From positions 213,318 to 277,317 of the forward strand of contig JAMCTH010000009.1 in the NCBI GenBank assembly GCA_023379025.1: 64,000 nt of DNA. The letters are read 5' to 3'. Both the position numbers and the translations under genes were made by a program. A model generated the notes under the pieces. That model was given only the letters and a program-made list of their open reading frames with translations. It made no database searches and was not told where the DNA came from. Below are positions 1-9,729 of this stretch, piece after piece (the stretch's first letter is position 1; every line of letters starts with the position of its first letter). Origin of the DNA: Patescibacteria group bacterium. GTDB taxonomy: Bacteria; Patescibacteriota; Microgenomatia; UBA10105; UBA927.

Positions 1-1
1 C

Positions 2-2506
2 CCCTCTCTGCCCTGCAGGTACCTCGTCATTTCCGGTGATGTCCGATTTGTGAAATATATTACTGATTTCCTCCGCCGGCCTTTTACCGGCGCCGTCGCC
101 ATCGTCTTTGAGGACCATGCGATATCATCCGTCGCGGACATTACCAAACGGGGCGTCCGGGTCGTCCTTCATAGCCTTACATCGGTCTCCCCACGTGAGG
201 TTGACCGAATGTTCGCTTTTTATTTTTTGGCAACGGATGCCTGTCTGGACCTCCGGACGGAAAGGGAAACGGTCCCTGCGCCGGGGGCAGTTTTTGGGGA
301 GCATGCGGCAGCGGACCAATCAGCGGACCGTGAACGCATCGCGTCAGAACTTTTTTCCGCCTTCGGCGCATCAGAACCGCCGGTATCTTCCCGGCATGCG
401 CTTCCGGGAACCCCCCTTGTTTTACGGGACCTGTTTTCTGTCCGTCCGGGCAGGAAAAAGGAACGTCCGCGGCATGTCCAGCAGGAACGCGCGGGAGCCA
501 TATCACCGGATATCCATGCCACCCGCCATCAGGCCAGCGGCCGCCGGAAAACCCTGCCCCATATTGTCGCACATGCCTATTCGGCCATTTTTACGGCGGC
601 GCTTCTTATTTTTTTTCTTGCCGTCTGGTACCTCGCGTGCCTGAGCGCGGGTATTGCCGGCGTCGGAATCGCTGCCGTGGCGCTGCAGAAGGGGTCGTAT
701 GCCCAGCTGGCATACCTCCGGCCCGCCACGCAGATTTTCGTAAATCAAACGCGGGCAATCCTGGACGGCGGAAGCGTACTCTTTTCGGTACTCGGAAAAG
801 ACGGCGAATTGCAGAACCAGGAGCGGTTGGTTTCTGTTCTGTCGCGCGCGATAGCTCTGGAAACGGCCGTCTCTTCGCTTCTGCGTGAAGGTGCAGGCGC
901 CGCGGGCCTGATGTTCGGTCCGGAGGAAACGGAGGTCGGATCGTCTCCTGCGTATCGGATACAAAAGCTGCAATCCGATCTTGCCATGGTCACCGATGAG
1001 GTCGGTTTGCTTGAAGCGGACTTCCGGGCATTGCTCGATGAGCGGATGTTCCCGTTTTCCGTACGGCATATCTATACCCTGGGTACGGCGGTACACGCCA
1101 TGCTGTCGAGAGGATTCGGGAACCTCACGACGGCCGACGCATTGCTTTCCCTCTATACCGAAGCGGCAGGATTCCGCACACCGAAGACCTATCTGGTGCT
1201 TCTTCAAAACAGTGCGGAGGTCCGGCCTGCGGGAGGATTTATCGGAAGTGTAGCAATCCCGACGTTGTCCGGAGGCCAGCTCAGCGCCCTCACCATCCAG
1301 GATGTCTATGCGCTTGACGGCCAGCTGAAAGGCCATGTAGATCCGCCCCTTCCGATACGCCAGATATTGGGCGAAGAGCACTGGTTTTTACGGGACGCGA
1401 ATTGGGACCCCGATTTTTACCAAACCGCAACACGGTCGGCCTGGTTTTACGCCAAGGAAACCGGCAACACCGTGAACGGCGTGATCGGCATAAGCACGCC
1501 GTTTATCGTCAACCTTCTTCAAGCAGTCGGACCGGTGACGCTTACGGACTACAACGACGAGATCAGCGCGGACAATTTCTACGGCAAGTCCCTCTACTAC
1601 ACAAACGTCGATTTTTTCCCCGGTTCGACGCAAAAAAAGGATTTTCTCGGAAGTCTTGCGCAGGCAATGCTTGCAAAAATTACGTCCGGCAGCGGTGCAC
1701 GGATGCCGGCACTGTTTCAGGCGGTAGAGCAGGGATTACAAAGCCGGGATATCCAGTTTATGTTTGAAAATCCCGAAAGCCAGGCGCTGGCGGAACGGTA
1801 CGGCTGGACCGGCGGCGTTTCCTCATCCCGTACCTGTGCCGGGGGAGGCGCAGTATCGTGCGTCCGTGACCGGTTCGGCGTTTATGAAGCAAATCTCGGG
1901 GTCAATAAGGTCAACTACTTTGTCAGCCGGTCCGAGCAGTACAGCGTTCTCCTGAACGCGGATGGGACGAGCGAAGGGTCAGTGAGCATCATCCTGAAGA
2001 ACGCGGCTTCCGGCAAGGAACGTTCCTCAGGGGCATATAAAACGTATCTGCAGGTCTATCTGCCGGAAGGTGCATCCGTGACAGGAGTAACGCTTGACGG
2101 ACAGGCAGTTCCATATCTGCCGCAAAACAGCGCGCTTCAGAAACCGCGGCCCTTGCCATACTACGAAACCGCGGAGTCGGCTATCGGTTCGTCGGCGTCC
2201 CTTGGTGTTGCACTGACGGTGCCGGTTGCATCAATGAGGACGCTGTCGGTATCATATGTGCACGGGAGCCGCGTGGTGTTCGGCAACAACGGCGCCGCCT
2301 ATGAGCTTTCCGTTCAAAAACAACCCGGGGTGGAGCAGGCAGCGGCTGCCGTAACCATAACGTATCCGGTGTATTGGATCGTACACGCAACAGCCCTCCA
2401 TGGACCGGGGTCCGTACCCCAACCGTTTGTTGCCAAGGAGGGTGTGGTAGGCTACAATACGACATTATCGCAGGATCAGGGCGTACGGCTGCTTTTTACG
2501 AAATAG
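2..2506 (+). CDS. DUF4012-like membrane-anchored protein, 5'-truncated by the window edge
   Basis: Frame is open from position 2. One TM segment. Motifs YLVLLQNSAEVRPAGGFIGS, LRDANWDPDF and NLGVNKVN are typical of DUF4012. Confidence 0.8.
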   Translation, partial: PSLPCRYLVISGDVRFVKYITDFLRRPFTGAVAIVFEDHAISSVADITKRGVRVVLHSLTSVSPREVDRMFAFYFLATDACLDLRTERETVPAPGAVFGEHAAADQSADRERIASELFSAFGASEPPVSSRHALPGTPLVLRDLFSVRPGRKKERPRHVQQERAGAISPDIHATRHQASGRRKTLPHIVAHAYSAIFTAALLIFFLAVWYLACLSAGIAGVGIAAVALQKGSYAQLAYLRPATQIFVNQTRAILDGGSVLFSVLGKDGELQNQERLVSVLSRAIALETAVSSLLREGAGAAGLMFGPEETEVGSSPAYRIQKLQSDLAMVTDEVGLLEADFRALLDERMFPFSVRHIYTLGTAVHAMLSRGFGNLTTADALLSLYTEAAGFRTPKTYLVLLQNSAEVRPAGGFIGSVAIPTLSGGQLSALTIQDVYALDGQLKGHVDPPLPIRQILGEEHWFLRDANWDPDFYQTATRSAWFYAKETGNTVNGVIGISTPFIVNLLQAVGPVTLTDYNDEISADNFYGKSLYYTNVDFFPGSTQKKDFLGSLAQAMLAKITSGSGARMPALFQAVEQGLQSRDIQFMFENPESQALAERYGWTGGVSSSRTCAGGGAVSCVRDRFGVYEANLGVNKVNYFVSRSEQYSVLLNADGTSEGSVSIILKNAASGKERSSGAYKTYLQVYLPEGASVTGVTLDGQAVPYLPQNSALQKPRPLPYYETAESAIGSSASLGVALTVPVASMRTLSVSYVHGSRVVFGNNGAAYELSVQKQPGVEQAAAAVTITYPVYWIVHATALHGPGSVPQPFVAKEGVVGYNTTLSQDQGVRLLFTK

Positions 2507-2509
2507 CAT

Positions 2510-3232
2510 ATGAAAACACACTCTCTTGAGGCACACCCCAGGACGGTATGCGGCAGAAAGGTCAGGCAACTGAGACGGGAAGGTGCCATTCCGGGGACGG
2601 TCTACGGAAAAAAAATCAAAAGCGTGTCGGTAACGGTTACCCATGACGCGTTTGTCAAAACGTACGCAGACACGGGGGAGACGGGCCTGGTGACGCTAAC
2701 GCTTGGCACGGAGGAGCGGCCGGTCCTTATCCATAACGTCCAGCGCAATGTTCTAAACGGAGACGTTCTTCATGTTGAGTTCTACCAGGTGGACCTTAAG
2801 GAAAAGGTCCGCGCAAATGTTCCGATCGCCTTTACCGGAGCATCACCGGCGGTTGCACAAAAAACCGGCGTGCTCCTTACGATTCTGGACGAGCTTGAGG
2901 TCGAAGCCTTGCCGGCCGCCCTTCCCGAACATATCGCGGTCGACGTTTCGAAGCTTTCAGAGGTCGGCCAGGAGCTCAAAGTTTCCGATATACCCGTACC
3001 ACAGGATGTGACGGTCCTGACGGACGGCAAGCTCACCGTTGCAAAAGTGGGGGAACTGGTGACCAGGGAAGCGGAGGCTGAAGCTGCAGCTGAAGCGGCG
3101 GCGGCCGCGGCCGCATCGGCGCAGGCAGAAACGGGTGACGTGAAGGAGGGGACTGAACCGGAAGGAGGCAAGGCGGAGGGGGAAGAGAAACAGGACCAGA
3201 AAAAAGAAGATACGCAGGCGAAGGAATCATAA
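2510..3232 (+). CDS. rplY: 50S ribosomal protein L25/CTC
   Basis: LRREGAIPGTVYG and HVEFYQV motifs; CTC C-terminal domain; Ala/Glu-rich tail. Confidence 0.95.
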   Translation: MKTHSLEAHPRTVCGRKVRQLRREGAIPGTVYGKKIKSVSVTVTHDAFVKTYADTGETGLVTLTLGTEERPVLIHNVQRNVLNGDVLHVEFYQVDLKEKVRANVPIAFTGASPAVAQKTGVLLTILDELEVEALPAALPEHIAVDVSKLSEVGQELKVSDIPVPQDVTVLTDGKLTVAKVGELVTREAEAEAAAEAAAAAAASAQAETGDVKEGTEPEGGKAEGEEKQDQKKEDTQAKES

Positions 3233-3787
3233 CTATGGCAGTTCGGCCCCGGTGATCAGGGTAAGCATCTCCCGCGCCGGTTTGTTATTGGGGTCGAGCG
3301 AGAGCGCGGACCGTATGGCGGTTTTTGCCCCGGCGAGATCACCGAGTTGGTACTGTATGGCAGCTAGGCTGATATACGCATCACGATAATCCGGTTTCTC
3401 GCGGATCACGGAAGTCCAAAACGCAAGCGCATGCGGGAGCACTGTATCCGGCCGGACGGCGCCTTGATAATCCTGGACACTCGCCGCCCCGAGGATATTT
3501 GTTCGGGTATTCCGGAGAAATGCAATATAGGCGCGTTCCCGTTCTGAACCGCGGACAAAGCCCTCCCTTCCCAACATCTGTGCAACGCCCTCATGTTCCG
3601 TGATGCTCAGCGGGTCGGTAAATACGGAGAGTGGATTGAGCGTACCAGTCCTGCCGGAAGAGCGCAGCAGGAGCACATTGAGCGCGACCACGGCGCTTAT
3701 ACTACCCCATAACAGTATATTTTCGGTTATTGCGGAGAAAAATCGGGGAATATGCGGGAATTTTAGCCTTGGGATTGCGCTGTTCAT
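3233..3787 (-). CDS. Membrane-anchored TPR protein
   Basis: TM helix followed by the TPR motif PDYRDAYISLAAIQYQLGDLAGAKTAIRSALSLDPNN. Start placed at ATG 3787. Confidence 0.7.
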   Translation of the reverse strand: MNSAIPRLKFPHIPRFFSAITENILLWGSISAVVALNVLLLRSSGRTGTLNPLSVFTDPLSITEHEGVAQMLGREGFVRGSERERAYIAFLRNTRTNILGAASVQDYQGAVRPDTVLPHALAFWTSVIREKPDYRDAYISLAAIQYQLGDLAGAKTAIRSALSLDPNNKPAREMLTLITGAELP

Positions 3788-3872
3788 AGTTCGCTGGCCA
3801 ACACCTCTGTTCTTTGTAGGCCTCTTCAGTAAGAGGGCAATGCCGTGTGGTATAGTGTAGAAAGATTTCTCT

Positions 3873-4601
3873 ATGGACACAAGAGGGGAAGCTATGAGAG
3901 AGGGGAAAAGGCAGGCGCTTCGTTGTATACCCCTCCTCAGGCAAACGTACCCTTCGGCGCATATTGTTCTTTCCTCTTCCAACCCCTGGGAACTCTTGGT
4001 TGCCGTCATCCTTTCGGCGCAGTGCACGGATACCAAGGTAAATGAGGTCACGGCGCGGCTGTTCCGGAAATACCCGACGATTGCTGATTACCTGAATGCC
4101 AGCCCGCGGGGTTTCGAGCAGGATATACGGGCAACAGGGTTTTATCGGGCCAAAGCAAAGCATATTCTGGCAGCGGCACGTATCGTCCACGAGCAGTTCG
4201 GTGACCGGGTACCGCGGACCATGGCGGAACTGCTTCAGCTCCCCGGTGTAGCCCGGAAAACGGCAAATGTGGTGCTCGGCAATGCGTACGGTGTCGTCGA
4301 GGGCATTGCGGTTGACACGCATGTACTCCGTTTGAGTCAAAGGCTGCGCCTGGTGCCGGTCGGAGAGGCCGGGGGCACGCACAGGGTGCTCTTTGAAAAA
4401 AACGGAAAGCGGGTTACGGATTATGCCAAAGACGCAGACCCGGTGAAGATCGAGGCGATACTTATGCACATACTTCCCAAATCTGACTGGTTTCACGTTA
4501 CCTATCTCTTCATCGATCACGGCAGGGCGGTCTGTAAGGCACAGCGCCCGGACTGCGCGCATTGCGTGCTTCAGAAATTCTGTCCGGCCGCAAGAGTCTG
4601 A
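3873..4601 (+). CDS. nth: Endonuclease III
   Basis: LSAQCTD; HhH LPGVARKTANVVL; VDTHV; C-x6-C-x2-C-x5-C Fe-S motif. Confidence 0.95.
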   Translation: MDTRGEAMREGKRQALRCIPLLRQTYPSAHIVLSSSNPWELLVAVILSAQCTDTKVNEVTARLFRKYPTIADYLNASPRGFEQDIRATGFYRAKAKHILAAARIVHEQFGDRVPRTMAELLQLPGVARKTANVVLGNAYGVVEGIAVDTHVLRLSQRLRLVPVGEAGGTHRVLFEKNGKRVTDYAKDADPVKIEAILMHILPKSDWFHVTYLFIDHGRAVCKAQRPDCAHCVLQKFCPAARV

Positions 4602-4658
4602 CACGGGAGAAACCCGTTCTACTTGAGTTTTCTTCGGCACCTATGGTATGCTTGGGCA

Positions 4659-5360
4659 ATGCGAGGAAAACGGAAGACAGATAAAAGGCTGACCCATAAG
4701 ATGATTGACCGGACCACAGAAAGCCTCATCCCTACGGCATCCGACCGGCCGTCCTCCCTCCCGGGAGCCGCGGAGAAACGGAAGCTCCCCGGCCCGAAGG
4801 CGTTATATGCAGTCGTGATATTCCTCATAGTATGTGCCGTTGTTCTTGCAAATAAAGGGCTGGCGGTTGCTGCGGTTGTTGACGGGAAGCCGATTTTTAC
4901 CTACCAACTGATGCAGAGGCTCATGTCTGATTTCGGTAAGCAGACGCTTGAGCAGATGATCAGCGAACAGATTATCAATGAGGAGTCCAGAAAAGCCGGT
5001 GTTGTGGTGACGCAGGCGGATATCGATGCAAAGCAAAAGGAAATTCTGGCAAGTCTCGGCACGAATGTCAGTCTTGACGACCTATTACAGTATCAGGGTA
5101 TAACGAAGGATGAATTTACCACACAGCTCCGGATGCAGATTGCAGTGCAAAAACTGCTCGGCAAGGATATCGAAGTCACTGACGCAGATATCGACGCGTA
5201 TATCGCGTCTCATTCAGCCACCCTGACCGCCACAGAACCGGCGGCACTGCGCTCGGAAGCCAAACAGGCAATCATCGACCAGGAGGTGAGCCAGAAGGTG
5301 CAGCCCTGGTTCACGGCCCTTAAGGCAAAATCAAAAATCCTCCGTTTCATCAATGAATGA
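4659..5360 (+). CDS. SurA N-terminal domain / PrsA-like foldase
   Basis: TM followed by AAVVDGKPI...TLEQMISEQII...GVVVTQADID; no parvulin domain seen. Confidence 0.7.
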   Translation: MRGKRKTDKRLTHKMIDRTTESLIPTASDRPSSLPGAAEKRKLPGPKALYAVVIFLIVCAVVLANKGLAVAAVVDGKPIFTYQLMQRLMSDFGKQTLEQMISEQIINEESRKAGVVVTQADIDAKQKEILASLGTNVSLDDLLQYQGITKDEFTTQLRMQIAVQKLLGKDIEVTDADIDAYIASHSATLTATEPAALRSEAKQAIIDQEVSQKVQPWFTALKAKSKILRFINE

Positions 5361-5617
5361 CCATGATGCCGTGGAATTTCGGATCAGCAGGACTATTACC
5401 GTTTGAGAGGTTCGGTGGCATCGGGCTTGTACCGCTTCTCCTTTGGTCACTCATTTGGGCGGGACTGGCGCTCTGGCATGCAGCGCGGCGCGGGGATAAA
5501 TGGTGGTTTATCATTTTCTTATTCGTCCACACCCTCGGGATTTTGGAAATTCTCTACCTCGTGTTTGTCGTCAGGATTCTTGAACAACCGAAGACATCCC
5601 CAAAGAAACGAACCTGA
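5357..5617 (+). CDS. DUF5652-like small membrane protein
   Basis: WxGLALWHAARR...WWFI...HTLGILEILY motif. Confidence 0.75.
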   Translation: MTMMPWNFGSAGLLPFERFGGIGLVPLLLWSLIWAGLALWHAARRGDKWWFIIFLFVHTLGILEILYLVFVVRILEQPKTSPKKRT

Positions 5618-5709
5618 CGCTGCAACGCTGCGTTCCGTTTTACACGTCCGTCTCATTCCTCTACAATTGCAGGATGCTCTACGCCTTCGGGCGCCGCACA
5701 TATTGATCT

Positions 5710-6819
5710 ATGAAAACATGGCAGAAATTACAGAAACACCCTTCTCTTTGGCAGCGGTATTTTCTCCGTGAGAAGCTGATCAGAAGTATCCGGAAATTTT
5801 TTGACGGACAGGGCTTCCATGAAGTCGAGACCCCGCTTCTTGCGGCACATCCTCCGGCCGAGAGTTATCTTGAGGTTTTCGAAACGACACTCCTCGACCG
5901 GCAGCGCCGTCCGACTAAAGCCTATTTATCTCCCTCGCCCGAGGTGCCGCTCAAAAAGCTCATGGTAGCAGGGCTGGGTAACTGTTACTCCTTAACTAAA
6001 AGTTTCCGCAATATGGAGACGGAGAGTAAACTTCATAATCCGGAATTTACGATCCTTGAGTGGTACCGGGTCGGGGCTGATTACAAGGACATCATGAAAG
6101 ACTGCGAAGATTTACTGAAATTTATTAATAAATCTGTCATTCTGGGGAGCGAAGCGACTCCAGAATCTGATTTAAAAGATCGATTCTGGACAAGCCAGAA
6201 TGACGATAAAAAAAAGCACCAAATCATTTATCAGGGCCGAAAAATTGACTTAACCCCGCCTTGGGAGCGCCTGACGGTCGTTGAGGCGTTTGCTACATAC
6301 GCCAAGGTGAATTTTGAGGATTTTTTGGATTTTCAGAAAGCCAAAATTATTGCCGCTAAAAAAGGATACCGTCTCGAGTCGAAAACCACGTGGGAAAAGC
6401 TTTTTAACCAGATATTCCTTAACGAAATCGAGCCCAAGTTGGGGCAGGGGAAGCCGACCATTCTTTACGATTATCCGGCTTCTATGGCGGCACTTGCCAA
6501 AACCAAAGCTTCCGACCCTAGGTTTGCCGAACGGTTCGAGTTTTATATTAATGGTTTGGAATTGGGTGATGCTTATTCTGAGCTCACGGATTGGCGTGAA
6601 CAGGAGAAAAGATTTAAAGAAGAGATGAAAGAGATTAAGAGACTTGGGAAGACAGAATACGATTACGATCATGACTTTATCGAGGCGCTTAAAGTAGGTT
6701 TGCCGACATGCAGCGGAATCGCAGTCGGAGTTGACCGGTTGGTGATGCTGCTCGCAGATACTGACGATATCGCCGACACACTGTTTTTTCCGGCTTCTGA
6801 GGAATTCGGCAGTCCATAG
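5710..6819 (+). CDS. epmA: EF-P lysine aminoacylase EpmA (GenX/PoxA)
   Basis: SPEVPLKKL, FRN..HNPEFTILEWY, ERFEFYINGLELG and SGIAVGVDRL motifs; adjacent to efp. Confidence 0.92.
   Translation: MKTWQKLQKHPSLWQRYFLREKLIRSIRKFFDGQGFHEVETPLLAAHPPAESYLEVFETTLLDRQRRPTKAYLSPSPEVPLKKLMVAGLGNCYSLTKSFRNMETESKLHNPEFTILEWYRVGADYKDIMKDCEDLLKFINKSVILGSEATPESDLKDRFWTSQNDDKKKHQIIYQGRKIDLTPPWERLTVVEAFATYAKVNFEDFLDFQKAKIIAAKKGYRLESKTTWEKLFNQIFLNEIEPKLGQGKPTILYDYPASMAALAKTKASDPRFAERFEFYINGLELGDAYSELTDWREQEKRFKEEMKEIKRLGKTEYDYDHDFIEALKVGLPTCSGIAVGVDRLVMLLADTDDIADTLFFPASEEFGSP
6136..6204. repeat. 69-bp nested palindromic REP-like element inserted in frame in epmA
   Basis: Outer arms gtcattctgg/ccagaatgac; inner arms tccagaatc/gattctgga. 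Confidence 0.8.
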
Positions 6820-6916
6820 ACAACCGGCGGGGATACCGGATCATTGCAACAGCCTGCCGGATACGGTACTATAAAGCATAGTCCCGAAAGGGGATTTTTG
6901 TTTCCGGCCGCACGCC

Positions 6917-7480
6917 ATGTCTACGATTACTACCGCAGATTTTCATAAAGGACTGTTTATCGAATTTAAAGGCGAGCCGCATCAGATTGTGGAGTTTCAG
7001 CACGTCAATCCCGGGAAGGGAAGCGCGTTTGTGCGGACAACGCTTAAGTCCCTAAAAACCGGCAAGGTCCAGGAGTTTACCTACAAGTCCGGCGAAACGG
7101 TCACGGAGATACCGATTGAAACGCAGGAAATGCAGTATCTTTATAAGGAAGGGGACGGGTACGTCTTCATGAATAATTTTAGCTTCGAACAGCTGCAGGT
7201 GCCCGAGGCAATCCTTTCCGACTATCTGCATTTTCTCAAACCCAATGAAACCTATCAGCTCCTTGTGCATGATGAGACGGCCGTCGGCATCCGGTTTCCG
7301 AAGAAGGTACGGCTGCTGGTTTCGGAGGCGGAAGAAGGAGCGCGCGGAGATACGGTGGCCGGAGCAGGGAAGGTGGTAACGCTTGAGACCGGACTCAAGG
7401 TCACCGTGCCTCTTTTTATCAAGGAAGGCGACACGATAGCGGTTGATACGGCAACCGGTCAGTACCTCGAAAGAGCGTAA
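6917..7480 (+). CDS. efp: Elongation factor P
   Basis: HVNPGKGSAFVR (Lys34 loop); VPLFIKEGD...YLER. Confidence 0.97.
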   Translation: MSTITTADFHKGLFIEFKGEPHQIVEFQHVNPGKGSAFVRTTLKSLKTGKVQEFTYKSGETVTEIPIETQEMQYLYKEGDGYVFMNNFSFEQLQVPEAILSDYLHFLKPNETYQLLVHDETAVGIRFPKKVRLLVSEAEEGARGDTVAGAGKVVTLETGLKVTVPLFIKEGDTIAVDTATGQYLERA

Positions 7481-7537
7481 CATTCATTGCTTCATTGGTA
7501 ATTATCTCCCGGTGTGTCATACTATCTGAGCAAGAAC

Positions 7538-8092
7538 ATGACGTCTTTGTTAAAAACGCTTGCGGTATTGATACTAGGGGTGCTGGTCAGTCGATTGCCA
7601 TGGGCCACCCATCAACATACAGCGGGGCAAAGTAAAACCCCGCACCGTACGAAAGAAGCGACGATGCCGGCAACTATCGCCGACGGAAAAGGTTTTGAGA
7701 TCGCGGCAGTCAAAAGGGTGATTGACGGAGACACCATCGAGCTTACGGATAAGCGCAGAGTCCGTTATATCGGCATGAACGCGCCGGAGATTGCCGATCC
7801 GGAAAAACCGGCCGAATGTTTCGGCCCGGAAGCCAGGTCCGCTAACCGGTCTCTGGTTGAAGGAAAAAAGGTCAGGCTCGTTAAGGATGTCTCGGAAACA
7901 GATACGTACGGCAGATTCCTGCGGTTTGTTTATGTGGGCGATACGTTCGTGAATGATGCTTTGGTCAAAAACGGGTTCGCGCGAATAATGCCTGTAGCGC
8001 CGGATATAACTTTAGCGGATGAATTTAATCAGGCACAGATTGAGGCACAAGCCAGTCATGCAGGACTGTGGGGACAATGTCCGGATTTGTAA
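7538..8092 (+). CDS. Thermonuclease (SNase) family secreted nuclease
   Basis: VIDGDTI, VRYIGMNAPE, DTYGRFLRFVY and GLW motifs; N-terminal hydrophobic segment. Confidence 0.9.
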   Translation: MTSLLKTLAVLILGVLVSRLPWATHQHTAGQSKTPHRTKEATMPATIADGKGFEIAAVKRVIDGDTIELTDKRRVRYIGMNAPEIADPEKPAECFGPEARSANRSLVEGKKVRLVKDVSETDTYGRFLRFVYVGDTFVNDALVKNGFARIMPVAPDITLADEFNQAQIEAQASHAGLWGQCPDL

Positions 8093-8173
8093 AGCGGGGG
8101 CGCAACAGCTCCATGGAGGTCCCGGAAGCGGGGCCACCCTCATTCCCCGTGGTTCTGCTATACTGAAAGTATC

Positions 8174-9655
8174 ATGTCCGAAATGTTTGAAGAGATCAGC
8201 GATAATCGGACTCCTCCGACCTATAAATTTTTTAACGGCAGTGCATGGGTGACCAGTGCCGGCGGTAAGACCACGGAAGTCCACAGCCCGATTGACGACT
8301 CGGTTTTAGGGAAGGTCCAGGTAGTGACGCATGAGGAGATAGATGCGGCGATGAAGGCAGCCCATGCCCAGCAGAAAAACTGGGAAGCGACCCCTCTCAA
8401 CCAGCGGGTGAAAGTCATGCACCTCACCGCGGACTGGATCCGGCAGTATGAGGATTATCTGACGACCCTCCTTATCAGGGAAATCGGTAAAACCAGCGAT
8501 GAAGCCAGGGGAGAAATCAAGCGCACCGCGGACCTCACCGATTACTTCGCCGATGAAGTCCAGTCGATCCGCGGTTTTGAACTCGACAGCGATAATTTTC
8601 CGGGCTTTGATAAGGGTGGGACTGCCCTGATTGACCGCGTCGCGTACGGCGTCGTGTTAGCCATTGCCCCCTTTAACTATCCGGTCAACCTTTCCGGCAG
8701 TAAACTCGCCCCGGCGCTCCTTATGGGCAATAGCGTCATCCTTAAACCGCCGACGCAGGGATCGATTTCCGGTCTGCACCTTACCCAGCTGTTCCGTAAA
8801 GCCGGCGTCCCTACCGGAGTACTCGCGACGGTAACCGGCGGCGGGGGAGAGATCGGCGAGTATCTGACGGCTCACGGGGGTGTGGATATGATTGCCTTTA
8901 CCGGTAATTCCGAGACAGGCATGGCTATAGCCAAAAATGCGGGCATGAAGCCGCTTCTTTTTGAGTGCGGCGGCGATAATCCGGTGGTCGTCCTGCCGGA
9001 TGCGGATATGCATCTGACTGCCCGTGAAATTATCAAAGGAGGATTTTCCTATGCGGGACAGCGCTGCACCGGCATAAAGTATGTTCTGGGGACCGAGACA
9101 ACGCTCGACCAGCTGATACCGCTCGTTCTTGAGCTCATGAAGACCGAGGTCGCCATGGGGGATCCCCGCAGTCCCGGGACCAAGCTGGTCGGGCCGGTGA
9201 TTTCGGAAGAGGCAGCCGTGCATATTGAGGAAGCGATCCGTCTGTCGGTGAGTGCCGGCGCCAAAATCCTGACCGGCGGAGGCCGCAAGAATTCGTATAT
9301 TGAGCCGACCATTCTGACGGACGTCACGCCGGACATGCGGGTCGTGGCAAGCGAAGTATTCGGGCCGGTGGTTTCTTTTGTACGCATTGCGAGCATGGAT
9401 GAAGCGGTGGGAATCATCAACCGTTCCCGGTACGGTCTTCAGGCGTCGGTATTTACTAAAGACGAAGGAACGGGCATCGTGTTTGCCCGTCAGCTCCATG
9501 TCGGTTCGGTTCAGATCAACGGCTCGCCACAGCGCGGCCCGGACCACTTTCCGTTCCTCGGGGTAAAGCACTCGGGCGTCGGCGTCCAGGGGGTCCGGTA
9601 TTCCCTGGAGGCGATGTCGCGCCTCCGGCCGATTGTCCTCAACAAGCCGGGTTAA
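8174..9655 (+). CDS. gapN: NADP-dependent non-phosphorylating glyceraldehyde-3-phosphate dehydrogenase (ALDH family)
   Basis: PFNYPVNL, KPPTQGS, FSYAGQRCT and QRGPDHFPFLG motifs, characteristic of GapN. Confidence 0.85.
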   Translation: MSEMFEEISDNRTPPTYKFFNGSAWVTSAGGKTTEVHSPIDDSVLGKVQVVTHEEIDAAMKAAHAQQKNWEATPLNQRVKVMHLTADWIRQYEDYLTTLLIREIGKTSDEARGEIKRTADLTDYFADEVQSIRGFELDSDNFPGFDKGGTALIDRVAYGVVLAIAPFNYPVNLSGSKLAPALLMGNSVILKPPTQGSISGLHLTQLFRKAGVPTGVLATVTGGGGEIGEYLTAHGGVDMIAFTGNSETGMAIAKNAGMKPLLFECGGDNPVVVLPDADMHLTAREIIKGGFSYAGQRCTGIKYVLGTETTLDQLIPLVLELMKTEVAMGDPRSPGTKLVGPVISEEAAVHIEEAIRLSVSAGAKILTGGGRKNSYIEPTILTDVTPDMRVVASEVFGPVVSFVRIASMDEAVGIINRSRYGLQASVFTKDEGTGIVFARQLHVGSVQINGSPQRGPDHFPFLGVKHSGVGVQGVRYSLEAMSRLRPIVLNKPG

Positions 9656-9729
9656 CACGTATCCAATAGTGCTGCACGACGAATACTCGGATCTATTGCT
9701 CCTTTCCCATCGGTAAATGGGATAATTTC

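Noticed and set aside
3070-3125. GCN-rich repeat in rplY
   Set aside because: Ordinary Ala/Glu-rich CTC tail.
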